DNA from: the human T2T-CHM13v2.0 reference genome, Homo sapiens
Reading direction: 5' to 3' (one strand)
DNA length: 64,000 nt
Assembly: GCF_009914755.1 (NCBI RefSeq)
Contig: NC_060925.1
Shown here one piece after another: positions 12,550 to 26,339 of this stretch. The notes beneath the pieces are model-generated. The model did no database searches and was not told the DNA's origin. It saw only the letters and a program-made list of their open reading frames with translations. Every line of letters starts with the position of its first letter. Position 1 is the stretch's first letter. Position numbers and translations under genes: made by a program.

Positions 12550-13001
12550 AATTGCATTCTGGGACATTTATTTCAGAGAAATTAAAACTTATGCTCACAT
12601 AAAAACCTCTACATGATTGTGCACAGTAGCTTTATTTGTAATAGTCCAAAACTGAAATCATCCCTGGTGTTTCTCATCAGGCAAATAAACAAACTGGTAC
12701 ATCTGTACCATGGATACTACTCAGCAGAATGGATTACTTATACAGCAACTTGGATGAAAATCCAGGAATCATATAGAATGGAAAAAGCCAATACCCAAAG
12801 GTTACCTATTGCATGAATTCATTTATATAACATTTTTGAAATTAAAACATTTATAAATGATGGAAAAATAAATGGTTGCCAGGGGTTAGGGACAGGGCAG
12901 GGCTAGGGCAGAAGGTGGGGTTATGAAAGGGCAACCCATGGGATCCTTGTGATGTTGAAACTGTTCAGTCTCTTGACCGTGGCAGTGGATGCATTAACTT
13001 A

Positions 13002-13044
<43 letters not shown>

Positions 13045-13252
13045 AGTCCAAGTAAAACTGGAGATATCTGAATAAGATTGGTAGGTTGTACAATGTCCAT
13101 ATCCTGGTGGTGATATATAGTACTATTGTTTTGTAAAATGTTACCACTAGGGGAAACTGGTAGACAAACTTTACAAGAGATTGCTCTGTGTTATTTCTTA
13201 CAACTGCGTGAGCATCTATAATTATCTCAATAAAACATTTCATTAAAAAAAA
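12550..13252 (+). mobile_element. Old L1 3' end (L1MC-like)
   Basis: ORF2 tail and 3' UTR motifs (gctttatttgtaatagtccaaaactg; ttatttcttacaactgc...aataaa) and an A tail. Confidence 0.85.
13003..13042. repeat. (CA)20 microsatellite
   Basis: Perfect CA run inside the L1. Confidence 0.97.
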
Positions 13253-13839
13253 GAATATGGGTATGCACCAGAACTGGAGATGGGAACGAAATGCCCCAAT
13301 CCAGATGTTCCTCTCTACCTGTCCACTGCCAGACCCTTATCTCCAGTTCACTTGGCTCAGAGGACACAGTATCTAAGGCAAATAGTAATAGACTAATCTT
13401 AGTAATAATCCCAAGCAAACCAGTCATGGGAAGAGGATGACGATATAGCTACTCCAGCTCCCAATTATGTGGTCTGGGCTGAGAACTATCATTAGTTTCC
13501 TTCCCATCCCATCTCTCCACTTTCCACCAAATCCTCTGGACCTACTTGCCTTGACCCATGGTGACAGACTCAATGCTGGAGCAGCCAGCATTTTTTTTCC
13601 CTCTTATAGGAAGCCCAAGGTGACAGACACAGAGCTGAGCAGCCTTGAGGAGAAACAGTATCCAGGCAAGGTGAAAACACTGTAAATATTTACTCTGATT
13701 TCAAGGGGAGAGAGAAGAGGGAGAGGGAAAGGGTCAGGGTGGGAGGGAGACCCATCTTTAGCAGCGAGAGGAAGGAAGAAGCCTGAGTTGCTCCTAGATT
13801 TTAATCACACAGGATGAGCTTTATAATGTCCTAGGGGAG

Positions 13840-13968
13840 AGCTGGGAGCACGCCTGTAATCCCAGCTACTCTGGAAGCTGAGGTGGGAGGATTCCTGGAC
13901 CTCAGGAGTTTGACTCCATCCTGGGCAACATAGTGAGACCCCATCTCTAAAATAATAATAATAATAAA
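13840..13968 (+). mobile_element. Alu monomer (FAM/FLAM-like) with (AAT)n tail
   Basis: gcctgtaatcccagctactc...cctgggcaacatagtgagacccc. Confidence 0.85.
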
Positions 13969-15809
13969 TCAATTCCCAGGTGAAGTAAAGGTAGCTGTAG
14001 GAGCCACTGAGAACACAGCTGGAATGGGCTGTCACTGGTGTGTGCACAGCCGTGGGCTAGTGTGTGAGCTGAGGATTCCTGTGAACCTCACCTGCTCTGC
14101 CAGAAGCCTGTGTCAGCTCTAGCCCCTTGGGGGCAGGGCCACTAGAGGATCCCTGGCCCTTCAGGGTCTCTGGTTCCTGAATGTGGGAAGGAGATCCCAG
14201 TTTCTGTATAACAAATTTAGGCCCTATTCAAATTTGCTGCCTGACTTGAACAGGGAAAGAGGTAAGATTTCCATTTCTGGGATGACTGTCAGGGAACAGG
14301 AGGTAGGGAAACCCTGACCTTGGGTGAAGAGGTAGGAGATAGGTGTGTATGGGACACAAAGGATGACGGACAGAGCCAGAAGATAAATCTTAAGGTGGCA
14401 ACTTAACAGACCAGGTCAGGATAAATAAAAGCAGAGGCAGAGGGGACAGCAGGGCAAGGAGCCAACCATAAAGGCACACAGAAGGTGATAGGCTGGAGGT
14501 GGGAACCAATTGGATTCACTACACAATTATATGTAAATTGTTATGTAATAATTATTATACATTTTGGAGCTAGCTTTCGTAACCTTTATAGCTTTGTGAT
14601 GGTCGGCATACACAGATCTGTTCTGAAATTCTGGATTTCTTCCTCCATAACGACATTAACTTCCCTTTGAGCCTTTACACCCAAGGCAAGCCCTGCTACC
14701 TGGAGGTTATCCCTGCAAGCAGAAGGCCAGTAGCAGGGATTCTGTAGCAAGGAAAGAATCTGGCTGCAATGCATAGGGCCGACCACATAGTACGTGCTCA
14801 GTAAATGTTTGTGGAATAATGGATAAAAGAATAAAGTAAGGAGACAAAACCCCAAGCCTCCAAAAGCCAGTCTTTCAACAGTTCTCCTCCTGTCCGTTGT
14901 CCTCAGAAAGGCTCTGGCCATAACCCCTGGGGGCTGAGATGCTGCTGAAGGGGCACCACAGTTCAGCCCAGATCTGAAGACAATGAAAAACACCGCTTTC
15001 CCACTTCCCCAACACAGATATCCCTCTTCTGAGAGGAAACCTGGGGAAAGTCACTACCCAGGAACCTCACTGGCTAGATGCCTTAAAAATGCAAGTGAAC
15101 AAGAGTTGGCTGAGTTGATGAGTTGTTCTAGAAACAAGATTGAGGGCTAGCTGGAAAAAGAGGCTTCTTTCTGAGCACCAAAGCCTTCAGACATTTTTCC
15201 TCATTGCATGGGCAAATGACCGTATTTTACCCTCTCCTGCCATTTTCAGCAGTGTGTATTGAACATAATCTAAATCTTTCCCCAGGACTGATGGTTAGTC
15301 TCCTGATCACCAACTGCAGTTGACTTCAGTGCCTTTGCCCTATGATATCTTGGAAATTCCTAAAGCCTGTTGTGCCATTTGTCCCTGAACTCAACGGCCT
15401 CAGGATGCTCTCCTTTCACAGTATTTATTTTTCTTTTCAACAAATTTATTTTTGCCACTGGGTTTTGTATAGGCTTTTATAGGATATTAAAAAGAGATTA
15501 TGTTTCCTAGTAAGCTCTTGGCTGGGAGAGGGAGGAGTGCGGGGATGGCTGAGTGGCAGTGGCTGAGGGAGTGGAGGTGGAGCCAGGAGCCAAGGAAATT
15601 GCCAAAAAATGTCCAAAGGGGGATAATCAGCTTACAGATAATTGAGGGTTCAGTGCCTTTTGGAACTGACTGGGGCTGGAATTCAGGAGACTGGTGAGCA
15701 GGAAGGGACTGAAGCTACCTTACCTTGCAAAGCCAGAGGCCATCTGTGCAGTGATCCTGTGAGGAGCTCTAGTCCTGGCTCCCTGACTGGTGCTCCCCCG
15801 CATCCTTTA

Positions 15810-16635
<826 letters not shown>

Positions 16636-16659
16636 TAACAACAAATAACAAACTCACCT

Positions 16660-16830
16660 ATTCATGTAGATTTATAATTTACAAAGCACTTCTACATATT
16701 TACCTCACATAAGCCCCATGAACCCTGTGAACTTTGTATTCTTATCCCCATTGTACAGATGCAGGAACTGAGGCTGAGATAATTACATGGACTGCTCTCA
16801 TTTGCTCAGCTGGGATTAAAAGCCACTCTT
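16660..16830 (-). mobile_element. MIR
   Basis: tatccccattgtacagatgcaggaactgaggct. Confidence 0.75.
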
Positions 16831-17599
16831 CTTGCTTTTGTCTATTTTCCAGTAGCCATAGCATCTCAGAGGAGGACCATGAGCTCTGAAGCTCAGCCCC
16901 TTAAAGCTGTGAAGCCACTTTGGAACTGTGCTGGCTCCTCTCAGAGCTTGGAGAAACTCTTTTAAGTACTTCACACCCTAGCAGCTGCCCTCTGGAACCA
17001 GGTTGGCCTGGATCCTACTCAGTCTTCGGCATGCAGGCCAGAGCCTCTGTCCCTCCAATCAATAAGATGCTTTCCACAGTGGTTAAGTGTTTAGTCTCCT
17101 CTTTATTGAGATAATTGAAAGGCCTTATTAAGCAAAGAGCTGTGATTACTCCTTCGGCTAAAGCCAGAAACACCATCTCCCCTGCCTCTGTGCCCTCTGG
17201 GTGTCTGGAGCAGAAACAAGCTTAGGATGACCAGGAATTGTTTCTGCTAAAATAGACTCAAAGTCATCTGTCCTGAGGAAACCACGGGGCTTGGGTTTCC
17301 AGAGAAGATGTGGAAGGGGATGGGGCAAGCTATTTCAGAAGTATGAACACCCAAGAACTTGGTGGAGGACATGGCAGAGGTAGACAGGTATTCGGTGAAT
17401 GAATGAATGAATGATCTCACTTAAGCCTCTCAATTCCCTGTGAAGTAGGCTCCTGTTTTGAGACTGTCTTCCTTCTCCTTCAGTGTTCATGCCCTTTGCC
17501 CTGGCTCAAGATTTCCTGGACGTGCACTAGCATTAAGGCCTGTGCTAGAGCCTTCTAGATCTTTGCAGCTAGGGTTGTCTCCTCTGCCGTGGTACTCAG

Positions 17600-17810
17600 G
17601 AGAGGCCTCCAGGGAAGTGGTTGAGAACATGGATTCTGAATTTAGATAATGTGGGTTCAAGACTCACCCTGCTCCATAAAATAACCATATGATCTTGGGG
17701 GAATGTTACTCTGGGCCTTAGTTTCGTTGTCTGTAAAATGAAGATAATAACAGTAACCTAGATCATAATCCTATTGTGACATATACAGCTCCACAAACAA
17801 TAGATACTAT
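17600..17810 (+). mobile_element. MIR
   Basis: ctgggccttagtttcgttgtctgtaaaatgaagataataac. Confidence 0.7.
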
Positions 17811-18039
17811 TACTTTTAGCTAGGCATTCTGAAAACCACAGTCTCTGTTGATGGGAAACTCTAAAAACACAGTTGGTTGTCCCAAGTTCAAATAGCCCCA
17901 TTGATGAAGAAAAAGGGGCTGCCTCTGAGATATATCACCTTAGCTGGGATTTTCAGATGACACAACTGAAAGGGGGCCTGTGGGCACAGGGCTGTGGATG
18001 AAAATAAAGCATGGCAGGAGTGCAGAAGAACAATGCCAG

Positions 18040-19020
18040 GAAGGCTGCATTTCAGAGTGACCAAGGCTGATGAGGAATGCTAAGGACAACAGAAAGATTG
18101 CTTCATCCATATGAAGAAAGAGGGAGAAGGGAAGCCATGCCTCCTGCTGGGGCAGATGGTCTGCTAGTGACAGATGACAGTGAGAAAGCCGAACAATCCA
18201 CTCCCAGGCGTCCTCTGCCTTCTCCACCGGGAATAAGGAGCTGCATCTTGGAGAGGCTGGAACAAATGCCAAAAAGAAGGATCCAGAGCTTAAAGTAGGA
18301 GACGGGAGAGCAGGCAAGTGTCCAGCTGAATTCAGTAAATTTACATCACAGGCCCACATGAATCCCACCCGGGAGACAGGAGGAATGTGCAGATGGGGTT
18401 GCAGAACCACTGCCCTGGATCTTTGAGAAATCATGGTGCAGCAGAAAATTACCAAGAGACTAGAGATGGAAAACGGCTGTATTGAATTTTTAAAGAAGGC
18501 AAAAGGAGGTCTGAGAAACCACAGACCAATAGGCTTGGTATCTGTAAATTGTGCCATCAAATTGCTGGCAGAATTTGAGAGCAGATTATTAAGTAGACAG
18601 CTTGTGAATACTTGGAAAATAAGCTGTATTGGTTCACTAGGCACACATCTTGCCAAATTAACCTTATTTCTTGTTTTGACAGTGAGGTTAACTGGTTGGT
18701 AGATCAGGAGACTGCTCCAGACCTATTGCATCATGATTTTAACAAGATGTGTTCTTGTCCCAGTTCTTTATACCCTTGACAAGCTGGAGGAGTGTGGTGT
18801 GGATAGCAGTGTGGTTAGCAGGGTTTGCACAACCATCTCCAGTCTTCTGGCACTTCTCAAAGATTACCAACTATGGTCCTATGCCAGCAAAGGAAGTTCA
18901 TGGTTTTCATGTTAAAATGTCTCCTTTAATGAAAAAGTAAATAAGTAAATGAAATAAAGAATGGATCTCAAGTTAGGTCTCCAGTGGTATGTTCCGGAAT
19001 TTTTCAACAACTTATAAAAG
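18040..19020 (+). mobile_element. CR1/L3 LINE ORF2 (reverse transcriptase) remnant, 5' part
   Basis: Decayed RT motifs: IFEKSW, FLKKAK..NHRPIGLVS (compare IFKKG..NYRPVSLTS), SCQINLISCFD (compare SCLTNLISF), DFNK (compare DFSKAF). Confidence 0.75.
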
Positions 19021-19024
19021 CCAG

Positions 19025-19235
19025 AGGGAGGCAGCATGGCCTAATAATTAAGAGAGGACACTGGAGTCCAACCTGGGTTTGAACCCTAGCTTACATTAGT
19101 TACCAACTAGTTAAGTGACCCTGGGGCATTTATTTAACCTGAGCCTCTATCACTTATAAAATGGGTTTTATATCCCCAGGGTTGTTGCGATAATTAATGA
19201 GATAATTCAAAAGAAACACTTAATTCAGTGTTTGA
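19025..19235 (+). mobile_element. MIR nested in the L3
   Basis: gaggcagcatggcctaataattaagag...ctggagtcc...ctgggtttgaaccc...gggttgttg. Confidence 0.75.
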
Positions 19236-19259
19236 ATAACTGTAAATTGTCTAGAATTA

Positions 19260-20520
19260 GCCAGTGTAGTGGGCACCTATTTTGTCTGCTGACACCCCAA
19301 TAGGAACTGTGTCCCTCTTTCCCATGATGATGTAAACTGTCCAGATAAGCTGCCATATTTCCCATGCCCCAATGCCCACTTGCCACAGCTGGTGAGTTCA
19401 AAATAGGGCATCTCACCCAAGCTGAACCAATGACTTCCTTTCCTGGATTTATTTTTTAAAAGCTTTACTGAGACACAATTTACATACCATAAAATCCAAC
19501 CATTTAAATTATGCATTTCAATGGTTTTTAATGTATTTAGAGAGTTGCGCTCACATCACCGCAGTTTAATTTTAGAGCACTTCATAACCCCTAAAAGAAA
19601 TGTGTACCCATTAGCAGTCAGTGATCATTCCACACCCCACCTCTCAGACTTAGGCAACCACGAATCTACTTTCCGTCTCTATAGATGTCCCCGTTTTGGA
19701 CAATTCATGTGAATGGAACCATATATGTGGCTTCTCATGTCTGACTTCTTTCACTGACTGTGTTTTCAAGGTTCACCCATGTTGTAGAATGTATCAGTAC
19801 TCCATTCCTTTTTATGGCTGAATAACATTCCACTGTCTGGGTAGACCACATTTTGTTAATTCACTCATCAGTTGATGACATTTGGGTTGTTCCCACATTT
19901 GAGTTATTCTGAATAATGCTGCTATGAACATTTGTGTACAAGTTTTTGTGTGGACACGTTTTCATTTCTCTAGGAGTCATACGGTAACTATGTTGAATAG
20001 TTTGAGGAACTGCCAAAATGTTTTCCAGAGTGGCGGTGCCATTTTACATTCCCACCAGCAATGAATGAGGGGTCCAATTTCTCCTTATCTGAGACAACAC
20101 TTGTTATTGTCCGTCTTTTTATAGCTATCCTGGTGGGTGTTATCTCATTGTGGTTTTGATTTGGATTTTTCTGATGGCTGATGATGTTGAACATCTTTTC
20201 CCCTTCCTTGGACTTTTACGTTAGGGACCAGATCAGTCTCTTTCAAAGAAGCCGATGCTGCAACAAGCAAAGCTCTGGAGCTGTTGGCAGCCATGCTGTC
20301 TGCCATGGGGAAAAGCGGGATTGCAGTCGGGGAGGAAGAAGGCTGGCACTAGCAGGAGATGCGTGATGGAAAAGACAGTGATGGAGCTGGAGTTCCTGTT
20401 CTAATTCTTACCGAGGACCAGCTGTACCCCCGACTTTCCTGTCGCTTAGCTGTTCCATCCTTCCTTTGACTCTGCTCACTAACAAATTACTGTTTTCGTT
20501 TAACCTTTTTTCATTTAGAT
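19260..20520. mobile_element. Probable LTR16-like ERVL LTR, split by the L1MB at 19450-20200
   Basis: gggcatctcacccaagctgaaccaatg on the left of the L1 and ctggagctgttggcagccatg...aacaaatt on the right. Recognition only. Confidence 0.45.
19450..20200 (-). mobile_element. L1MB-like 3' end
   Basis: gctttactgagacacaatttacataccataaaat...ccattttacattcccaccagcaatg. Confidence 0.9.
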
Positions 20521-20589
20521 CCTGTGGTAGCGATGGTGATGAGGCTGCTACTGGTGATTGTTTGAAAGTAAGTTCCTCACATTTCTAAA

Positions 20590-21070
20590 TGACAGAGCTA
20601 CTATGAATTGAGGTCTTTAGGAGTCAAAAGGATTTTAACAGGTTGTAATTATGGGTGAAACCAACCAGATTAATTTTAACAAAGATAAATGAGAACACCA
20701 GCATTTTTATTCAAATAATCAATGACGTATAGCTGATGGGAAGGACCTGGTTTAAAAAGAGTCTCTGTTAAAAATCACCGGGGAATTTAACTTCAACATC
20801 ATCCACCAGTATAAAGAGGCTGTTAAAAACCTAATGCCATCCTTGGCTGGATTGATGGGAGTGCAGTGTCTGGAAAAAGGGAGTGGGTGTCGTACTCTGC
20901 TCCTAGATGCAGACCATTTCTAGGCTGCTGTGTCGAGTTCCAGGCACTATATAGTCTATAGGACACTGATTAACTGGATCATGTCTAGAGAAGGGAGGCT
21001 GGGATGGTGAACTGTCTGGAATTCCTCTCAAGGAAATCAAAGGAATGGGGACGTTTGGCCCGAAGAAGAG
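20590..21070 (+). mobile_element. CR1/L3 ORF2 remnant, 3' part
   Basis: Motifs FNKDK, NAILGWI (compare ANxILGCI) and RPFLGCCVEFQA (compare RPHLEYCVQFWA). Confidence 0.75.
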
Positions 21071-21439
21071 GAGTTGGGGAATGGAAGAATGGAAAGGAAC
21101 AATGTACCAGAGCCTGTGCTAGGAACTTATCTGCATTAGTGGGTCTCACAGTAACCCACCCTATCAGGTAGGGTTAACCCACGTTAGGGATGAGGAGGGA
21201 AAGTCCAGAGAGGACAGGAACTTGTTCAAGGTCACTCAGGTAGTCAGAGGCAGAACAACTGGGGTTAGAGCAGAGATGTTTTCATGCCTCTGCTCTTTCC
21301 GTCATATCCTGCTCCTCCCAGGGTCAGGGAAGGACAGAAGGGGAAGTGAGGGTGGGGCTAGAGAGAGGATGGCTGTGGAAAAGGGCTGTGAGGAGTCAGC
21401 GGGAGCTTAGCCCCTTCTCTCCACCTCCGCTCAGTAGCA

Positions 21440-21690
21440 GCAGCACAGCACAGTGGTTAAAAGCGTGGTCTCTGAGTGTCAGGCTACCCAGGGCAAATCC
21501 TGGCTCTGCCACTTGTTAGCTGGGTGACCTTGGCCATGATACTTAAATCCTCTGTCTTCAGTTTCCTGGCATTGATCAATTAATAGTACCTACGTCACAG
21601 GGTTGTTGTGAGGGATTGCATGAGTTACTTTTTGTGAAAGCTCAACCTGGCATATAGGAAGAGCTTTATTTATAAGTGTTTATTAAATAA
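21440..21690 (+). mobile_element. MIR
   Basis: cagtggttaaaagc...aaatcctggctctgccacttgttagctgggtgaccttgg...aataaa. Confidence 0.85.
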
Positions 21691-21780
21691 ACCCAGGGTC
21701 CAGACCACCATACTTTCTAAACTGGACTTCTGCAAAAGTCTCTTAACCAGAATTAATTCTCACTTCTACTTTTGTTCCCT

Positions 21781-21850
21781 TTATATATATAAAATTATAT
21801 ATATTATAATTATAGATATGTAATTATATATTATTTTATATATAAAATAA
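21781..21850. repeat. AT-rich low-complexity tract
   Basis: Almost pure A/T with TA alternation. Confidence 0.85.
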
Positions 21851-21859
21851 TACCAATTT

Positions 21860-22375
<516 letters not shown>

Positions 22376-23714
22376 AGAAGCATATTCTTAAAATGCAAAT
22401 CAAAGCATGTCATTTCCCCTGCTCAAAGCACTTCAATAAATGTTTGTTGAATGTATGAGTTAATGAGTAAATTAACTCAATGTTGTTGCAAAGACTACAT
22501 GCCTATTACACAGTAAACACTCATTAAATGGCAGCTAATTATGAGTGTAATGACCGTGGTGTGCAGGGCCCTTTATCCCATGGTCCCTCCTGGGGCCCAC
22601 CTGGGCAGAAGACTGAAGTAGGGGAGCTAATGGTGATTCTCTGAGTCCTAATGGCATTTATGGCCTATTTTCTCTGTGGAATTTTGAAGAAAGAAAGGGT
22701 AAGAAAAGAAAAAGCAGAAACAGTCATGGCTTAGAAAAAAAAAATTTAAACCCAAAGCGTTATTTCCTTTTTGTCTTCCTCTGCTCATGCAAATAACGAC
22801 TCTCCTCTTCTCTCTACCCTGGCTTTGTGGGTAGGGATAGTAAGGGACGAGAAAGCCCTTCCTGGAGGTGACATCCCAGGTACAGGTGAGCTGTGGTGCC
22901 CAGCCCAGAGTTAGGACTCACACTCAAACCCTATCTGGGGCCAGTGTGGAGGCAGCTGTCGCCCTGAGCAGGTGGGGCTCAGGGACTCTGCTTTGGTTGC
23001 TCTCTCTCTCCCAGCACATCCTCAGTAATCCACAGTAATGTCTGGACTGAGGCAAAAGCAAGGAAGCTTAACCTCCTAATATGGAAGGCTAATTAATTTG
23101 TATTAGGGCTTAGGGATAATTAAACTTTTTATCTGAACTTAAGCTGCACAAACCACCTGACTTGTACAATTAATTGCTCCCTTCATTTCTTCCTCCAGGT
23201 GCCAAGAGATAAGTGCAAGCCAAGCTCCCCCATCCAGTTTTGCCTGCCTCTCAGGTGGGGGCACGGCTGCCTGTGTGGTGGGGAGTCCATTCTTTACTGG
23301 AGACCAGGGCACTGGCCGGTTAGGGCCCAGCTGCTGGGAGCTCAACCAGGGAGACACATCCTCAATGAGTTTCTGCAAGGATGATGTCTCAGCCTCACTG
23401 CCACACCCACTGCTGCACCTATCTTCTCCACTGGGATGCCCCTGAACTTGGCTTCCTAGAGCCTCAGTGTTGGGGATGGGGATGGGGCACAGAAGCTGTC
23501 CTGTTGGGTGGGACCAGGGTGAGGAGAGTTCTTAGAGCAGACTGGGCCACCATAGTGTGTTCCAGGGACTCAGACCTCTGTGGCTTCCTCCTTGTCCGGG
23601 GGCAAAAGACAACAGTAGACCATCATGGAAGACACCAAAAATACCAGCCAGGGCTGAGTTCATCCTGTGACAAACACCTGTGCAGCCTCTTTTCATGTCC
23701 AAATCCCCTCCCAT

Positions 23715-23860
23715 GAGTAGACACTATTATTATCCCCATTTTGCAGATGAGGAAACTGAGGCACAGAGTGGTAAGTAATACGCCCAAGGTCACTTGGCTA
23801 GCCAGCTGCAGAACTGGGGCACAGACCAGGTCCCTTTGATTCCAAAGTCAAAGCATAGCT
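23715..23860 (-). mobile_element. MIR
   Basis: attattatccccattttgcagatgaggaaactgaggcacagag. Confidence 0.85.
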
Positions 23861-24339
23861 CCTAGTTATCTGGCCCAAAGCTATGGTTTCTGGGGAGCCA
23901 ACATGGAAGGCAGCAGTCCTGGTAGAGAGCAAGGGAGGAGAACACTTCAGAGGCGACCAGATCTAGGGCATCAGCCTAGCCACAATTCTACAAAAACACT
24001 TTAGCCCTATGTTGTCAAGTCTCAAGGTGGGAGACTTGGGAAATGAAATGAAACCCCATATCACCTCTCCTTTCTACCACATGCACCCCCTACCCCCAAC
24101 ACACACTTCTGCTCGTGTCTCTGCAGCTGGGCACTCTCCTTGGCTCACCTGCAAAGTGAGCCCCAGCAGTGAGCCAGGAACCAAAAAGATAGGATGGCTT
24201 TTAGGAATCTTGAAGTTCCTCTGAAGACACCACCTAGGGGTGGACCCAGACGGGACAGATGAGGCTCAGAGCAAGGTAATCTAATAATAATCACAGTGGC
24301 AATTCAGTAATAATTTATTTTTATTTAGCATAAGTATGG

Positions 24340-24490
24340 GCCATTTAATTATCATAAACTTACAAGGTACTATTAGCCCCATTTTTGAGATTAGGAAACT
24401 GAAGCTCAGAGAAGTTAAGTAACGTGCTCAAGATCATCGGCTCATTCAAGCCAGTGCTCCACATCAGGCTTGTCTGACTTCAGAGCGTTC
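24340..24490 (-). mobile_element. MIR
   Basis: cccatttttgagattaggaaactgaagctcagagaagttaagtaac. Confidence 0.8.
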
Positions 24491-24559
24491 TGCTTTCTCG
24501 CTGGAGGAGGAGAGGAATGAGCTGAAGACCTGGCTAATCCACATGAGAAAGAACAGCCT

Positions 24560-25645
24560 CTTTGTGACAGAACGATTTATAATCCTTTGGGTATTTATCC
24601 AGTAATGGGATTACTGGGTCGAATGGTATTTCTGTTTTTAGGTCTTTGAGGAATTGCCACACTGTCTTCCACAATGGTTGAACTAATTTACACTCCCACC
24701 AACAGTGTATAAGTGTTCCTTTTTCTCCGCAACCTCACCAGCATCTATTATTTTCTGACTTTTTAATAATAGCCATTCTAACTGGTGTGAGCTGGTATCT
24801 CACTGAGATTTTGATTTATATTTCTCAAATGATCAATGATGTTGAACTTTTTTTCCTATGATTGTTGGCCGCATGTATTTCTTTTGAAAAGTGTCTGTTC
24901 ATGTCCTTTGCCCACTTTTTAATGGGGTTATTCGCTTTTTTGCTTGTTGACTTGTTTAAGTTCCTTATAGATGCTAGATATTAAACCTTTGTCGGATTGC
25001 ATAGTTTGCAAACATTTTTTTCCCATTCTGTAGGTTGTCTGTTCACTCTGTCGGCAGTTTCTTTTGCTGTGTAGAAGCTCTTTAGTGTAATTAGATCCCA
25101 TTTGTCAATTTTTGCTTTCGTTGCAATTACTTTCGGCATCTTTGTCATGAAATCTTTGCTTGTTCCTATGTCCGGAGTGGTATTGCCTAGGTTGTCTTCC
25201 ATATCATAAAGACACATGCATGTGAATGTTCATTGCAGCACTATTCACAATAGCAAAGACATGGAATCAACCTAAATGCCTATCAATGGTAGACCAGACC
25301 AAAAAAAAAATGTGGCACATATACATCATGGAATACTATACAGCCATAGAAAAGAATAAGACCATGTCCTCTGCAGGAACATGGATGGAGCTGGAGGCCA
25401 TTTTCCTTAGCAAACTAAGTCAGGAAGAGAGAACCAAATACTGCCTGTTCTCACTTTTAAGTGGGAACTAAATGATGAGAACACATGGACACATAGAGGG
25501 GAACAGCACACACTGGGAACTATTGGAGGGTGGAGGAGGGAGAGGATCAGGAAAAATAACTAATGAGTACTAGGCTTAATACCTGGGTGACACAAGTTTA
25601 CAAACCTGCACTTGTACCCCTGAACTTAAAGTTAAATAAAAAACA
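24560..25645 (+). mobile_element. Primate L1 (older L1PA type), 5'-truncated with 5' inversion
   Basis: 24560-25200 is antisense ORF2; 25201-25645 is sense ORF2 end, 3' UTR and A tail. 12-bp TSD aaagaacagcct at 24548-24559 and 25646-25657. Confidence 0.93.
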
Positions 25646-25935
25646 AAAGAACAGCCTTGAGACAATGGAGAAACTTTCAAAGTGGCATGAACCTAGAAAC
25701 CCTGCTGGGAGGTTCTCTGGGAGATGTTTCCTAAGCTCTGCCAGCAGAGAGTCCTGCGAAAAGGGGTGGGCGACCCTTCCAGATCATTGCTGTGGTTTGC
25801 TGTGGCTTGTAGAGTCACAGCCAGTCACAGCGGCAGGCTCCTGGCCAAGATCACTTTACTACTGTTGGCCTGTGGCAATAATCTTGTCTTGCCACCTCAA
25901 TGGCTGTCCTGGGTGACAGAGCTGTTCTTCTAAAC

Positions 25936-26108
25936 CAGTGGTTCTCAAACTTTAGTGTGCATCAGAATTGCCTGGAAGGCTCGATAAAACATAGATTGCT
26001 GGGCCCCAATCTCAGATTTCTGATCCTGTAGCTCTGGAGTGAGATGTGAGAATCTGCATTCTAAGTTCCTAGGCATCACTGATGTTGGTGATCTGGGGAC
26101 TACTGCTT
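25936..26108. mobile_element. MER5A-like hAT-Charlie MITE
   Basis: cagtggttctcaaactttagtgtgcatcagaat...gagaatctgcatt. Confidence 0.85.
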
Positions 26109-26339
26109 TAAATCATCCTCTTTCCATAGGTCACAGATCTGTAGACTCATAGCATGTCAGCGGAAAGGGGTCATAGCAACCAGCTTCAGACCAGTCATGC
26201 GTACATGAGGAAACAGACAAAGTCAGACATCGGGTGGGAGATCCTGCCTGTTCATCCAGAGGGATTCCCTGCGCACTGTCTACTCCACCTACCCATAGCC
26301 CCTCGCACTGGCCAGTACTTTCCCCCCCATCCTCCTGGA

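Noticed and set aside
17940-18656. Longest ORF in the track (238 aa, minus strand)
   Set aside because: It lies antisense to a decayed CR1/L3 ORF2, with no recognisable domain or splice context.
24981-25471. L1 ORF2-like peptides on both strands
   Set aside because: They are fragments of a truncated, inverted, non-functional L1.
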